DNA of 64,000 nt from Octopus bimaculoides (Eukaryota): positions 69,739,060-69,803,059 of the forward strand of contig NC_068989.1 in assembly GCF_001194135.2 (NCBI RefSeq), in the 5' to 3' direction. Both the position numbers and the translations under genes were made by a program. Within the stretch, counting starts at the first letter, position 1. Each line of letters starts with the position of its first letter. Below the pieces are notes generated by a model. The model made no database searches. It was not told where the DNA came from and saw only the letters and a list, made by a program, of their open reading frames with translations. This document shows, in pieces, positions 24,045-38,769 of the stretch.

Positions 24045-27000
24045 GTAAGAAAATCAAATTCAAGGATAGAATTATCGATCTAGCTGATAGCATTATCTAT
24101 TTCCTTGAAAACTATTCAGACTTTGAGTCTCCCAATCCCTAAATGTCCAAGAATCTTATGAATAACATTCCTGAATAATTTCCTTTTATCATGAGACTTA
24201 ATTTCCTTTTTAAATTCTTCAATAACATGGTGTTCTTATGGACTTTCTTTTATCTTTGCAAAGTAACTGCTATTGTCTTTTTACTTCTGATTTACTTCCT
24301 ATATTTCTACTTTTTGTGTTTTCTCTACACTTTGAGATAAATTGTCTTTTAAATGAATGCTTTTGTATAATTTCAATAAGTCTAGTCTAGAAGTTAATGA
24401 GTTAAATCTTTTCGGTTGTTTTGCACATCTAAAAAAATAAGTGAAAACTTGCAAAACTGATATGGATCATCTGGAAAATGATGTAATTTGATAATAGAAA
24501 TTGTATATGGATTTAAGATTTAGTAATTGTTATCTCATGCACTAGCAGAAAAATCCAGGTCATCCCCTCTTACTAATTTTCTCATCTATATGATCAAATT
24601 GAAAGATAAAATTGGTAAATTAAATTCCATTATAGTCATCATATTGCTTTATATTCATTAATATTATAGAATATACTGGGAATTCATGATTCTTTCATAG
24701 AAGAAAATGGTGAAGTAAATTAGAAAATTAGCAAGCCACCTAGTGGCCAAACTTGTATGTTATGTTCTCTTCTGTATGTTATTAAGGATTAAATTTCTAT
24801 ATGGTTGTGTCAGAGATCCTAAATGCTTTCTTGTATATAATGTGGTATTATTGTGTTTCAAATCCTACCTTCTTAGGTATTTGTTTTCCAGTGTTCTAAA
24901 AAATATGCAATTTACTACAGTTAATTTCATGAACTTAAGGACTTTTCATTTAAGAACAAAACCTTAGAACTGACTGGACAAGAGAAATTATTGTCATTAT
25001 CAAGCTGATATAAATAGCTAATAAAGTAGGGTACTGCACTGCACCAAATGCTTGCATTATAATATTTAGTTTAGGCTCTTTGTTGTGAGCCTTTAAAGAC
25101 TCCCTTCATAGTGTGAATAAAATAACTACTATTGCATACCAAGCTTGTTTCAGAAAGTATATCAAAAAATATATTTGTCTTGTAGCTAAGAAATTATTAT
25201 TTTATATTGTTGATGGCTCCCAATGGAAGTCTATCTTGTTTGTAATTTGGCCTCAGTTCTTAATTAGAACTGTTATACTTATTCTGCTCTTTAGAAAGGC
25301 ATGAAGATCACACCTTGTAAATTATTCTTTTCCTACTTGTGAGATCCTTATGTTTAATTAACTATTTAATTGCTTGAGGTGTCAATAAACAATTTACAGA
25401 AAACATACCAAAGAAACTTCAGCAATTTTGATGCCTATATCATTTAAAAATGTACAAAAATCAAATTTTAATGCCTAAACATTATTATTAGCATATACTA
25501 AAAATAGAATAATTTCTTCATTATTCATGTGGGGAAAAAAAGGTGACGAGCTGATAGAATCATAAGCATGCTGGGCAAAATGCTTAGCAATATTTCGTTT
25601 GCCTTTATGTTCTGAGTTCAAATTCTGCAGAGGTCAACTTTGCCTTTCATTCTTTCAAGTTGATAAAATAAGTACCAGTTGACTAGTGGGTGTCGGTGTA
25701 GTTGACTGTACCCCTCTCCAAAATTTCAGGCCTTGTGCCTATAGTAGAAAGGATTATTCATGGAGGAAAATATGTACCTTGAATTTGTAATGACTACAAA
25801 TTTGAGCTTTGAAATGTATGAAGTATTTTGATACTAATCTGCCTGAGACTGCTCCTTGGTCTATGATACAAACTTTCAGTGTTAAATTGATCTAAATTAA
25901 AACCTTCCATCAAAATTTTATGTTAATTTAAGTTCAAAACCCCAGTGTTACAATGAGAGAATTATTTCATTAAATGCTTCATATTTTTCAAAATTAATTG
26001 AAACAAAGGTAGTGTGTTTCAGCAGAAATATGGTAACAAAAGTGTTAAGGTAAGATTATGGTTCCTAGTCAAATATCTCACATAGTAGAATTTACTTTCT
26101 GTTTTATCCAGGATACTGTGGATAAAATACCACAGTTCACTTTATAAAGTGGTTGGCATTTGGAAGGACATCCATCAGTAGAAACCATGCCAAAGCAGAC
26201 ATTGGAACAAAACAGGGTTCTCTAACTCATCAGATTCTGTCAAACCATCCAACCCATGTAACCATGGAAGATAGGTGTTAAAAGATGATGATGACTTCAT
26301 AATTACAAACCAGCAATTTACTTGGGTTTAGAGACAAGTTGAAGTTTATCATTTCAACAATCAAATTGCACTTTCAACAGTTTATTAGGTGCATGGAAAA
26401 GTGTTTTTTTTTTATTTATTTTAAACTTATTATTTACTTTGATCACTATAACCAGTTTAGTGTCAGTCATGATATAATTTTCACAATATATTGTAATGTT
26501 GAGAATTATGTCATAAAGAAGATTATACAGTTTACTACTCATATATACTGTGTTTGTTTTGTTAATCTCCTCTAGTCAATTCTATAAACTATAAGAAGAA
26601 GAATAAAAAAAAGAAATGCAAAATATTTGTTTCATGAAGGTCAAAGGATAAGTTGAAAAAAGCAAATGAATAAATCTATATAATAGCTGTTGTTTTGTTT
26701 GCTTATTATTTGAGTGAAAATTTGGAATATAACTAAATATTTCAATGTTTCGCCTAAAGCACAATATATAGATTGAATTACACTATAATGATTATTTAAT
26801 GATCTGATGATAACATTCATCCTTTTAGCTTATCCTGTATGCTGTTTTATTTTAATTTCCTTGCCATCTTGCCACCTGACTAAACAAGACATGTGCTTGA
26901 TTATTGATGTGCTTATTACCTCCTCATTGATACTCGCATTGTCAGTTTTATGCATCTCTCTCATTCTGGATGTTACCCAAAAACATTTAGGCATATCTTA

Positions 27001-27779
27001 CTTTTTTCGTATATCAATAATGGTAAATTATCTATTTGTATATTCAAGGTAGGGTATGTTTTGTTTTGTTTTGTATTTTTTAGTTCCTAAAGCAATAATC
27101 TGTTTGCAGTTGCGAGTGAGAATTTGATTTTTAAATTATGGTGTTGTAGGAAAACAGCATTATTTCATTTTTTCCTTTTTTTTCTGTAGTGTATAATCAT
27201 AATAATCATGGGTAATGGTTAGAAGATGCCTTAAGTTATGTAAATTGTCAATCAAGATATATTGTTTCACTTGTAAACTTTGCCTTCCGATTTTGGTTAG
27301 ATCATGCTAATATAATTTTCTTGCTTTGATTCTTGAAATATGTAGTTTGATGTTGCTGGGGAAATCATATGGAATGCATCAATTTAAGAATTATTGCAGT
27401 AGCATTTAACAAAACCTATTATTATTTATAAACAACAACAAAAAATATGTATAATTTTATTCAGAAACATTAGATATCTTTAAATTATTCTTGATGCAGA
27501 TTCGTCTGTTTTGTTAATCTTAAGCTGACAGCTTGTCTTATTTCTGTAGTGGATTTCATTAAGCTTTCTTGATACATAAACTCTGAAGATTCCTTGAAAA
27601 TCAAATAATCTTGACTGTTTTAAAGTCACTGCAGTCTTACTTTACTAAAGCTTTGCTTACAATGAGCTGAGTTGCAGTAGAATTTGTCACAGGTTTAGCA
27701 GTATGCTGTCTTTATTATGAATATTTGGTTACATATGATTTTAGATAATGCACCATAAATACTGTTAAATCATCATCAT

Positions 27780-28125
27780 TCATCATTTAACATCCACTTT
27801 TCCTATGCTTGCATGGGTTACACAGAATTTGTTGAGGTAAATTTCTTTGTTCAGATGTCCTTCTTGTTGACAACCATTACTTGTTTTCAATCTAGTTAAT
27901 ATTTCCCTGAGTCAGACATATTTTTCACAGAAGACTAAAAACAAACAACATCACTTGTATGACACACCGCTCATTTACAACCATCATGAGATATAGGACA
28001 AAGATACACACAGTAGTCTTCTTTCAGTTTACATCTACCAAATCCACTCACAAGGCTTGGGGTCATAGTGGATGCCATTTGCTCAATGGGTTGTGCAATG
28101 GAACTGAACCTGAGACCACATAGTT
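27780..28125 (-). mobile_element. SINE-A copy, RTE-type tail
   Basis: catcatcatttaacatccacttttcctatgcttgcatgggtt tail plus family core. Confidence 0.8.
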
Positions 28126-31100
28126 TAAATGCTAAAGGGCTGAATTAAAAACCTTCCATCAAAATTTCTTACTAATTTATGTTCCAAATATCAACTTAAT
28201 AATGACAAAAGATTATTGTAGTAAATACTTCATTATCTTCATAATTAATTGAAACTAATACAGTGTATTTTAATAGAAATATTGTAAAAGGGTTAAAAAG
28301 TTCAATGACTACCACCACCAGTTGTTAAAGAAGTTAAAATGTCAGTGTAAAAAATGTGAATATGATATGGTTTTGATAGTAGAAACCTACACTCCTTATG
28401 TCACTGCAAATATCAAATATATTGACAGTTTTCCATTTAAATGTTTGTTTTACATTATTGAAAAGTGCATCCATGTATGTGTACAGTGATCCTTATGGAA
28501 TTAAGCTAAGTGTTTATTTATTTATTTTTTATTCAGTTTCTGGTTGTAACTGTTTTACTTTAGTTAACCATTTCAAAGCTCAAATTTAAAATAAAATGTG
28601 CTCCCAGTGTATTTCACTTAATTTTGAAACAATCTAGGATTTGGAGGGATTTTTTAAAGCTAACTTTTCCAAAATTATGTTGGTGTTTGGAATGTAACAA
28701 AAGATTCTTGAAATTTGGATCGAAAAGTGAAATTAAAATAAAATCTCTTTACCCCTTTTGTCATGTTAAAATATTTATGTTAGAATACACTACCTTATTT
28801 TTTCTAATTAATTTTGAAAATAATGATGAATTTAGTAATATAACTGTCATCATAAAACTGGTGTTTGGAACATAAATTAACATGAAAGTTGATGAAAGGT
28901 TTTAATTTAGATCACTTCAAATCAGGAAATTTGTATCATAGAATCAAGAGTGATGTCATGTAGGTTGGTATCAAAAGGGTTAAGGCAGAAAGCTTTGTAT
29001 CAGAGAACTAGGGATCTTAGTGGGCAGGTTTGTTTCAAAGAGAATCACTAAATCCCCTTACTTAAGGCATACACGTGAGGCTTATCTAAAGTCTGCAGAC
29101 TTAATCACTTCTTTACCAGTACTATTGTTTCCTGACAAATGTTAATTACAAACATCTAAATTCAACCAAATAATCTCTCTATCTTTCTCTCTGTCACACA
29201 CACACACACACACACAGACACATACATCTTTCTTATAAACATTCCAATATTTTTCTTTTTATAGTACTTCTAATCATTATGTTAAGTTTGTTATTATCAA
29301 ATTATTTTCAGTTTGTTCCTGGGTCAAATTTTATTTTTCCAACCATGCAAGGAATTGTTGCTATTGCTGTTGCACTTATTACCCAGGAATAAGTCATTTT
29401 CAGCACCTAACCATCAGTCTGAAAACATCTATATTATTATCATGTGTTTCCCTCTCACGCCAGCTGCATTGAAGCTTGCCATACACATTTGGTATAAACT
29501 TCATAAGAAGGTAGATATTTATGTGCATTTTGCTTCATAAAAGCATACTTGGCAATTTTGCTTTCCTTACGCTTACATTTTTTCAACTTAAAGCATAAAA
29601 CAAATTTTCAGCATTTATTTATATTATATAAATTAATTTACACCTTCTAAAGAAAACGGAAATATTAAATAAATGTCTTAAATAATTTGCTTCAAAACTT
29701 ATAAATGTGTCAAGAGCAAAATTAATGTAAATTTATTCATTTCTATCTAAGTCATATGAAATCCTTCAATATCATGTTTATTGTCGTTTATTATATAAGG
29801 GAGGATAATAAACATTATATCCATGGGGTTGTGAATATAACTGAAACAGAACATAAGTCTTGGAGTTAAGTACTTCACTGTTCACATTTCAAGACCTGCT
29901 TTGGTTGACTCATTTCTATAAATTATATATAATATTATTTTTTTCTTTAGCTCTTTATTTAGTTTCTGTCATTAACTGCAGCCATTCTGGGGTTATAGAG
30001 ATGGATTTACCCAAGATGCCAGGCAGTGGGCTTGAAGCTGGGACTTAGTGGTTGTGAAGCAAACTGCTTAATCATCCAGGCATATGCCCATGTGTGTGTG
30101 TGTGTGCAAAAGATATATGCAGCAAGAAAATTTCCAGTAACCTTTTGTTAAACAAACAAACAAAATATCTGTGGTCCTTGGTACTATCAGATATGCAGTT
30201 GACCAATGACTGCTTCCTCTGGAAACTTCATAACCAAGTGACCAGATTTGTGTTGTAATATTTATCTGGTTTAAACTGAACAATATTCAAGTGAGAAATA
30301 TGCAGTGAATATTATTTTCATTTCGCTTGAAATACTGAATATTGCACTAGATAAGCTAACTATGAAGCAGTATTCAATATTGATGACATGAATATATATG
30401 TATTGGCTTCTTATCTCATTGTATACACCTGAGTATATTATGCTGATAGTAGATTTTATTGCAATATGAAAACTCAGGTGCATTTTTACAAATGCAGATT
30501 CATAATTTTGTATTACGATCATTCATGTTTGATTAGTGTTCATGCTTGTAAAATAACACAACTGACATACGATGTTTGTCTTGTACGTTGCCATTTGTGA
30601 GTATTGAGAATATTTGGGTGTCTTTTTGTAAATGGAAGAAACAGGATCTATGATATGCCACAATACATTTTCTTCAACAATGTATATTGTTCTCTGTGAC
30701 AATATAACATGGTCTATCATAAAATTTAATGTCTCTCTCTTTTTCACTCTGTATATTGGAATCATCTCAGTGATTTTCCATAATGGAATTGTATCATTGC
30801 CTAAGTAACATCATATTTAGTTGTGAGATTGCTGACAGAGAATGTATTTTATCTCAAGGTATATGAATAAAAAAAAAGAAAAAATTATCACCCTAAGTTG
30901 TCATCAGAAATGAAACTTTATCAGTGTCAATAGCAGATATTCAATATAATAGTTAGGAAGTGTCTCTATTACATAAAGTTTCTCCATAATTGACAATAAA
31001 TTGCAATAAATGCATTAGCAAAACCTGGGATTGTAACATATCTTATCAATATTTATCATCAGTAAGGTAGCAAGCTGGCAGAATCATTAACATGCCAGGC

Positions 31101-31305
31101 AGAATGCTTAGTGGCATTTTGTCTGTTTTTATGCTGTGAGTTCAAATTCTACCAAGGTTGACTTTGCCTGTCATTCTTTCGGGGTAAATAAAATAAGTAC
31201 CAGTTGAACACTGAGGTCAATGTAATTGACTTACCCCTTCCCTCAAATTTACTGGCCTTGTGCCAAAATTTGGAACCAATATTTATCATTAGTACAAGCA
31301 TTGCT

Positions 31306-31690
31306 GCATTAGTAAGGAGCTTGCTTCTCAACCATATGGTCTTCAGTTCAGTCCCACCATGCAGCACCTTGGTCAAGTGTCTTCTACTGTAGCCCTAAGT
31401 TGACCAAAATCTTGTGAGTGGCTTCGGTAGACAGACACTGAAAGAAACTTGTTGTGTGTGTGTGTGTGCTCATGTCTAGACATTATATGGTGATTGTAAA
31501 TGAGCATCATCATCATAGAAGCAAGATTATTTGTTTCCAGTTTTGTGTGAAAACCATGTCTAGCTATAGGAAAATATGTTGCTTGGAAATGGATGAGGGT
31601 TGGTGACAAGAAGACCATTGAGTATCTGCCTCAGCAAATTCTGTCTAACCCATACAGGCATGGAAAAGTAAATGTTAAATGATGGTGAAT
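31306..31690 (+). mobile_element. SINE-A full-length copy, RTE-type tail, directly downstream of a SINE-B (31065-31290)
   Basis: Head, core, (TG)n, then body ending ggcatggaaaagtaaatgttaaatgatgg. Confidence 0.85.
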
Positions 31691-32734
31691 TTAAGTAGGT
31701 CTTTGGTTTGTTATTGCCTTTGATGAATTTAGCCTGGAGTTTCAGTTTGTTATCAAATAAATTTCACGTTGCTAATGTTTCCAAAAATCATTGACATCTT
31801 TATTACATTTACTAAGATTATTGAACTTTTCCTTGTCAGTTGTCTAACAACATTACATGTTAGTACTTCACATATCATTTCCAGCAATATGTCTGTTATA
31901 TTTATTGTTTGTGTTGTTATGCCACTGAAAACTGGAGCTTTATTTCCTGTCTGTCGTATTCTTGGCAGTAATATCTGTTAATCCCTTTCAAACACTATGG
32001 TTAGACATCATGTAAAAATATTTCTTTTTCTGTCACTATAAAAGAAATCATTTCTTTTTATTCTTTGTTGATGTGTATGATTCACCTTTGCTGGATTATA
32101 TATCTGTCTTTTTGATTGTTGTCATTATTATTTTTGGCACAGGAATGGGGCTGTGTGATTAAGAAGTTCACTTTGAAAGCAATGGTTTCAGGTTCAGTCC
32201 CACTGTGTGGTACTTTGGGCAATGTTTCATATTATAGGCCCTGGGTTGACTAAAGTCCTCTCAGCTACAAATACTACTACTAATAATAATTATTTCAGGT
32301 ACAAGGCCAGAAATTTGGAGGGAAAGATTAATTAATTTATCCTTGAACAGTGGGAAAGGGTTGCATGAATGTGTGTACCAAATAGGCAAAACATAAAAAT
32401 ATCTCTTTATTTTCACTTTAAATCAATACAAAATCTGTAATAATTGTTAGTCTCTCACTGACAAAATTAAATTTATACAGTCTCATTATCAAAAAATGCT
32501 GTAAAATATTCACTTTCTTTTGATAATGTCTGCCATTTAAGGACTAATTCAACCCTAGTTCTGGGCTGGTACATTTTATCAGCCCTGGAGGATGAAGACA
32601 AATTTAACCCCAGTCGGCGTTGAACATAGAATGTTAAGAAGCAGAACAAATAACAAAAAACTTTTTTTTTTTACATTTTAATGATTCAGTCAATCAACTT
32701 TGTAATAATAATAATAGTAATTTCTTTTTATCAG

Positions 32735-32839
32735 CCATAGGAACATAGATGTGGGGGATACCACAAGAACAGAAAACAATTTGTGTGGGGATTTACATAA
32801 ATGGCAGGGAGAAAGAAATGGAAAGTGTGATCAAATAAA
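32735..32839 (+). CDS. Candidate exon, unidentified (HRNIDVGDTTRTENNLCGDLHKWQGERNGKCDQI)
   Basis: tttctttttatcag| ... ataaa|gtatgt; 105 nt, single open frame, hydrophilic; no recognised homology. Confidence 0.2.
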
Positions 32840-33814
32840 GTATGTGATAACAGCAAATGCTGCAGTTCTTTTGTGGCATTATCAGAATATCTGGAGTTCA
32901 GAGTTGAAACACTTACCTGATGTGTTCTATCTCTCTCAATATCTCTTGACTGTTCTGCTATCATATCAGAAATTTTCTCTCTTTAGTACTTGTATATCTT
33001 TGTCTTTTCTCTGGTTATTAAACTTAGGTGTAATTGAAGGAACCATCAAATATTGAAAAGAAGCTTAATGTCTTCCACTTATTTTATCAACCACGGAAGG
33101 ATGAAAGGCAAAATTTGGTCAGCAGGATATCAATTCAAGACATGTTTTGATGTAATTAAACTACTATAATGTAGCAATTTAGTCCAGCAACACGTGACCT
33201 TATTCTGTTGATAGAAATGTTAATCGATTTCACTATTTCCATTATTACGAGCCAAATTATGGAGCCTTTACATGCTAGAAATAACGACCAAATGTCCCTC
33301 AATTCTCATCCTACTGAATTTTAAAATGAGCTGGATACATTTAATAATGTTTCCCTGGATACACTTTATTAAAAATCAAAATAGGTGATTATGGCTGGAA
33401 TGTTTTCAGTCATAGCTGCTTGAGCGTATCTGACCTAGGGCTGAACAGCCACAAAATCTAATTATTGTTGATATAGCAATAAATAGATGTGTCTGAATAG
33501 GTTTCTTTATTGCTGGCATGTTAAAATAACTATTTGAATAGGACATTCATGATACTTCAAAATCTTTTATTTCTTAATTTTTGCTTTCTATGCTTACCTT
33601 TAGTGTAATCCATTCAGTTTGTTACAATTCATTTTTTTATTTTTTTTTAAATAGACTCTCATATTGGACTATAGTAGCATTTGTGTAGCCAGCGTAATTG
33701 CTGGGTGCAATGCTGAATTGATAATATTTCGAATGAATTAGGAAATTAGTGTGAGTCTTGTAAAATTGTTGTCATATTCAGTAATTGGGTTGCAGAGGTG
33801 GTTTAGGCGTAATA

Positions 33815-34175
33815 CAGTGGTTCTCAACCAGGGTCCATATGACCTCTGAGGGTCCATATAAGATTTTGGGTTGTCCACACAACAAAATTGTAAATTGGGG
33901 ACCCCTGAAAAAATTTTGTTTTAGATGTATGTATTGCATGAAACAGGTTTTTTTTCTTCTCATATAAGATTTTTGGGGGTTCACACAACAAAATAGTAAA
34001 TTAGGGACCCACAATAGTATTTTAAGGGCCCCTGAAAATTTTTGCTTTAGATGTATGTATTGGTATGTATTGCACAAAATAGCTAGGTTTTTTTTTTTCT
34101 CTAACATTTTACAGAGTTCAACCTACACAAGTTAATGTGTGAAAAACAAAATAGGAATTTTGAAAGAAGTTTCTA
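33815..34175 (+). mobile_element. hAT/Charlie-type element 5' part with internal tandem duplication
   Basis: Starts cagtggttctcaacc. Two diverged copies of catataagatttt..cacacaacaaaa..gggaccc..tttagatgtatgtattgca at 33855 and 33961. No right TIR seen. Confidence 0.65.
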
Positions 34176-34379
34176 AGTGTACACAAATGTGTTGAATATG
34201 ATTGTACACACTTATGTTTTCATAGCTTCCATAATGTAGACCACACCTGGTTCTTTGCACAGACTGGCCTCTACTGAATCTACCTTAAAAGCTAGGTGGT
34301 GGTCTTAAACTAGGCAACAGGTTATGTCTATATTTTACTTTCAAGAAGCTTGCCTTCCAGATGTTTTAATGTGTATTAT

Positions 34380-34431
<52 letters not shown>

Positions 34432-34799
34432 AGCTTGGTGGGAGAATTGAGATTTTGAAAGAGAAATGTTAAATTATTAAATATGCAAGTGTGTCAGTGT
34501 ATGTATAATCTATTCTCTTTAATAGCCTCATTATTTGAAATTCTTAGCCATTTAAATTAATGTGCATAGTTTGTGATAAATTATGGAATTCCAATTTTTT
34601 TTTTTTTGTGTACATTCTATTCATATATATTCTATCCTGTCCAAATTTTGGCATGGCTGTGTGATTATGAAGCTCACTTTGCAACCAGGTGGTTTGGGGT
34701 TCAGTCCTACTGCATGCCACTTTTGACAAGTGTCCTTTGCTATAGTCTTGAGCCAATCAATGCTGTAAAAAACTGCGAGGAAACCTGTTCTATATCCAC

Positions 34800-35465
34800 C
34801 ACCATCACTGTCACCACCACCACCACACCATCATCATCATATGTCCATGTTAAGTAAGGTTGGACATTTGACAGGAACCAGAGTTCAAGAACTGTATCAT
34901 GCTCCACTGTCTATTTTGGCATGGCTTCCATGGCTGGATGCCCTTCCTAATACCAATAAATTTATAGCATGTACGGAGTGCTTTTTTTTTTGTCTGTTTG
35001 TTTGTTTTGTGCCACCAGTACTAACGAGGCCACCATGCAGCTTGCAAGATTATGAATTCCTTGAGAGGCATCCTTGTGCAATCAGATGAGGGGTTAAAGT
35101 ATGAGAGGAGGGGCCAGAGCAGAAAAGGTTTCTTGTTGTAGAGGGGTTAATTATGGCTATTCAGGTTTTCAAAGAGAGGTTGGTTGGTGACTTGGGTGGA
35201 GCGGGGAAGAGATAAAAGTAGTGCTGATAAAATGCCTGCTGTGTCGATCTTCGAATGTATGATACATGTGAAAGGCATCTGTACCAGTGACTCATAGGAA
35301 GCACCCAGCACACTCTATGGAATGGTTGGTGTTAGGAAGGGCATCCAGCCATAGAAACCAGACTAAGACACACTGAAGCTTGTTGCAGCTCTCTGGCTTA
35401 TTAGTTCCAGTCAAACTGTCTTACCTGTACTAGCATGGAAAACGGATGCTAAATGATGATGATGT
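34800..35465. mobile_element. Back-to-back SINE/LINE tail fragments (aggaagggcatccagcc core) in opposite orientations
   Basis: Minus copy 34800-34960 (ggctggatgcccttcct) and plus copy 35300-35465 ending tagcatggaaaacggatgctaaatgatgatgat. Confidence 0.7.
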
Positions 35466-38400
35466 GTATGTGTGTGTGTGTGTATGTGTCTTTGTGTTTT
35501 CCCTATCACCTGTTAATTGGTGTTGGTTTATTTACATCCCTATAGATATCAGTTTGGCAAAAGAGATTGGTAGAGTAATTACCAGATTTAGAAAGAAAAA
35601 AAAAGCACAGTAATGTTTCAGTTCAATTAAACCCTTCAAGATGATGCCCCGGCATGGTCAAGGTGAACTGACTGAAACAGGTAAAAGAATAAAAGGAGTA
35701 TATCAGCATGATACTCTTTTGATATTCTCCTGTTAACCAAGCTTGGTCAAATTTCTGTGTCACATACTTTGAATTACAACTAGAATTATGTTGATATGAT
35801 TAATAAAAAATTCATTGGACTGATTAGAGACAAACACCTGTTCATTGCTTGACTGAAGAAGGAATTAAAAAAAAAGATATTTTATAAATTTTATTTGCAA
35901 TGAAGAGTTATTTTATTGAAGAAATTTATTACACAATTTAAAAACAAGATAAAATTAAACAAGGATCTCAACTTTAGAAAGCTTGCAATTCATTGAAATT
36001 TTAAGGCTTGAAATACATTTGACTCTTTTGACATTGGTCTGCTTGTAAACATGATCCACTAACTACTGCCACTTAAACTCATTGTGAAAACTGAAGTTTC
36101 CAGAATCACTGTACTCATATGAAATCAAATCTAATGTTCAATTTTATTTCACCATTTTTTTTTCTTTGCCTTTTTTTTTTACCTAGAATTTGTAAAAGAA
36201 AAACATTCACTCAATTGTAATGTATGTTATTTCCATCTGCATTTAGCCAATCAAATTCACATAAATTTGATGTTGCATGGTTCCATGTTTTGAAAAGTGA
36301 TGCAATTAACTGAATCATGCAATTATCTATAATGCAATTAAGCACAGTTGGCTGTATGTTCTTCTATTCTTTTCAGTCATTTAATTGGGACCATTCTGGA
36401 GCAGTAGTTTCTCAGTTTTTAGACGGTTATATTGATCCTAGTCATTCGTGTGATGCTTTTTTCCCTCCAATCTCTGTTTATTAAACAGCTAAGTACACCT
36501 TGGTTTAAAGGGAAGTAAATGACATGGAATAAATACCACTAGGTACTTTTGTTCAATGTACCAATTTATCAGCAATTCCTTGCCAATATGCACATAATGG
36601 GTTTTTGCCTGTTTTCTGTCAACCACAAATTTCACTTGTCTGGGTCATAATTTGGAAGACAATTACTTAAGATGAGATAGAACTGGGAACCACAAAATTG
36701 TGAATGAACTTCTTAACCACCTTCTTGCATCTGCATGTGTGTGTGTGTGTGTGTGTGAGAGAGAGTATAAACACACACCCATATATATATAGTTTATAGT
36801 TCCTTTATAGGTAAGATCAACAAAAATAATACTGTTCTGTTAGAGATAAATATAATTTAATTTACACAATTTACAATAAATTTGCTAATTCATTGTATCT
36901 TTAAAGCATGAAAATATTAGTAACTGTTTTGTAAACTGTGTATATTAAATGATATATGGTGAACATCATTTAATGTCCTTATTTGCCTGCTGGCATGGGC
37001 TGGACTGTTTGACGAGAAGTCAAGTGAGAGGGCTCTGCCAGATTCTATGTCTGCTTTGCCATGGTTTCTACAGCTAAAGTAGACATATCATCATAAACAT
37101 CAACACCATCATGAACATCAACATCATCATCAATTTCATATCAATTTCATTCTGCTGACCTGGTTTGCACAGATCAAATACACATTTCAATCCTGCATCT
37201 CTGACCTCTTCCTTTCCAACTGGCATTTTAAATCCCAGCATTCATTATCTTTTCACTCCATGTAAAATTTGAGTTTGACTCTGCTCTAATGAGTGCATCA
37301 ATTTATTCCGTTAATCCTTTTGTTCGCTTGTTTCTAAACAAATACACTACCTTTGTTCCTATCAATTTTGAAAATATTAAAGAATTTATTAAAATGATTT
37401 TGTCATTACTGAGTGAGTGTTTGGAACATAGATTAACAGGAAATTCTGATGGAAGTTTAGATCACTCTAAATATGAAGTTTGTATTTTAGAACCAAAGTG
37501 GTCTTCGGTATCTAAGTATATAAATGGTTATGACTCGAGCAAGGGCCACAGGGCAGTGCCACTGCACTACACACTCAGATATTGCAGGCGGCAGCCAGAG
37601 AAAGGCCTCTCAGGTAACTAGCATTCAATTACTAATGGAAACATATTGGCCTCTGGCCCATGGACATGTCTCCTCATTCTTCTGGAACTGGCTTTTGTGA
37701 AACTCTGTTTAAATTTTGAAATATTATTCTCAAGTAAAGTTTACATATCTATTCTCTCAAATAGATATTCAAACTGGTGGATTGGCAGGATTGGTAAACT
37801 GGCAGACCAAAAAAAAGTGCCTTCCTTTACATTCTGAGTTCAAATCTTGTTGAGGTCAGTTTGATTTTTATCCTTCTTGAGTTGTTGTAATAAATACCAG
37901 TCAAGTATTAGTAACAATATAATAACCTATTCTCCCACCACCACCACCACCACCACAAAGAAAAATGTAAAAAACCAATTATATTTCTGGCCTTGTGCTA
38001 CAAATCAGTATGATTACAGTCACCTTTTATGTCTTTGAAATAAGTATTTCCAACTGTCATCTTCATTCCAAATTTTTATTAGCTTCATTTTTCTCAAGCA
38101 ACTATAATTTAGTGAAACCTTATCATTTTTCCTTGTTGTTTAAGAGTTGGTGACCTATTTAGTTATTTGTTGTTGCAAGGGAAAATTTTTCAGCTTACAA
38201 ATTACCAAGAAAGTGTAATGAAAGAGACAAAAACAAAAACAAAAAAGGAAGAAGAGGCTTTGTTCGTAAAGACAACCTGTTAGAAATGCTGCCAGTATCT
38301 ATTACAGGAGTTGGGAACTAGTTAGTTTATTTTATAGGGCTGACTTGTCAGTTTTGCATTGAAGTTTTACTCTGAAGCTTCACAAATCAGAAGAATGGCT

Positions 38401-38646
38401 TCCAACCTTGACTGGGATTTAATGTTTATGGCTGTAGGATTTACTCAGTTTACTAAAAAGGTAAAAGTGTGTATTAAACTATTATATTCCATCTCTTCGT
38501 TAATAATTTTAAGATCTTCTAATACTTAAGGATTTCTTTGATATTTACACAATTACTTTGATGTCTGTCTGATCTTTCATTAGAATCATATGGTTACTAT
38601 TTTCCCACAATTGGCTATTTTACCAAATTTCTTCATGGGCTTAGAA

Positions 38647-38710
38647 CAATGGTTCTCAACCATTTTTTAAAAATTTATGTCCCCCTTCATTCCTATTTTA
38701 TTCAGGGCCA
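38647..38710 (+). mobile_element. hAT/Charlie-type MITE terminus
   Basis: caatggttctcaacc TIR; homologous to the reverse complement of 3905-3979. Confidence 0.55.
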
Positions 38711-38726
38711 TTATACCCTGTATGTA

Positions 38727-38769
<43 letters not shown>

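Noticed and set aside
26807-27052. Hydrophobic 81-aa ORF, also 21465-21857, 29313-29540 and 41383-41673
   Set aside because: T-rich plus strand gives F/L/I-rich ORFs by composition. 21465-21857 is the antisense of the RTE fragment.
31959-31990. VISVNPFQTL, reminiscent of the myosin motor motif xLISVNPF
   Set aside because: Upstream in-frame sequence is not myosin-like and no other myosin motifs occur in the window; treated as chance.
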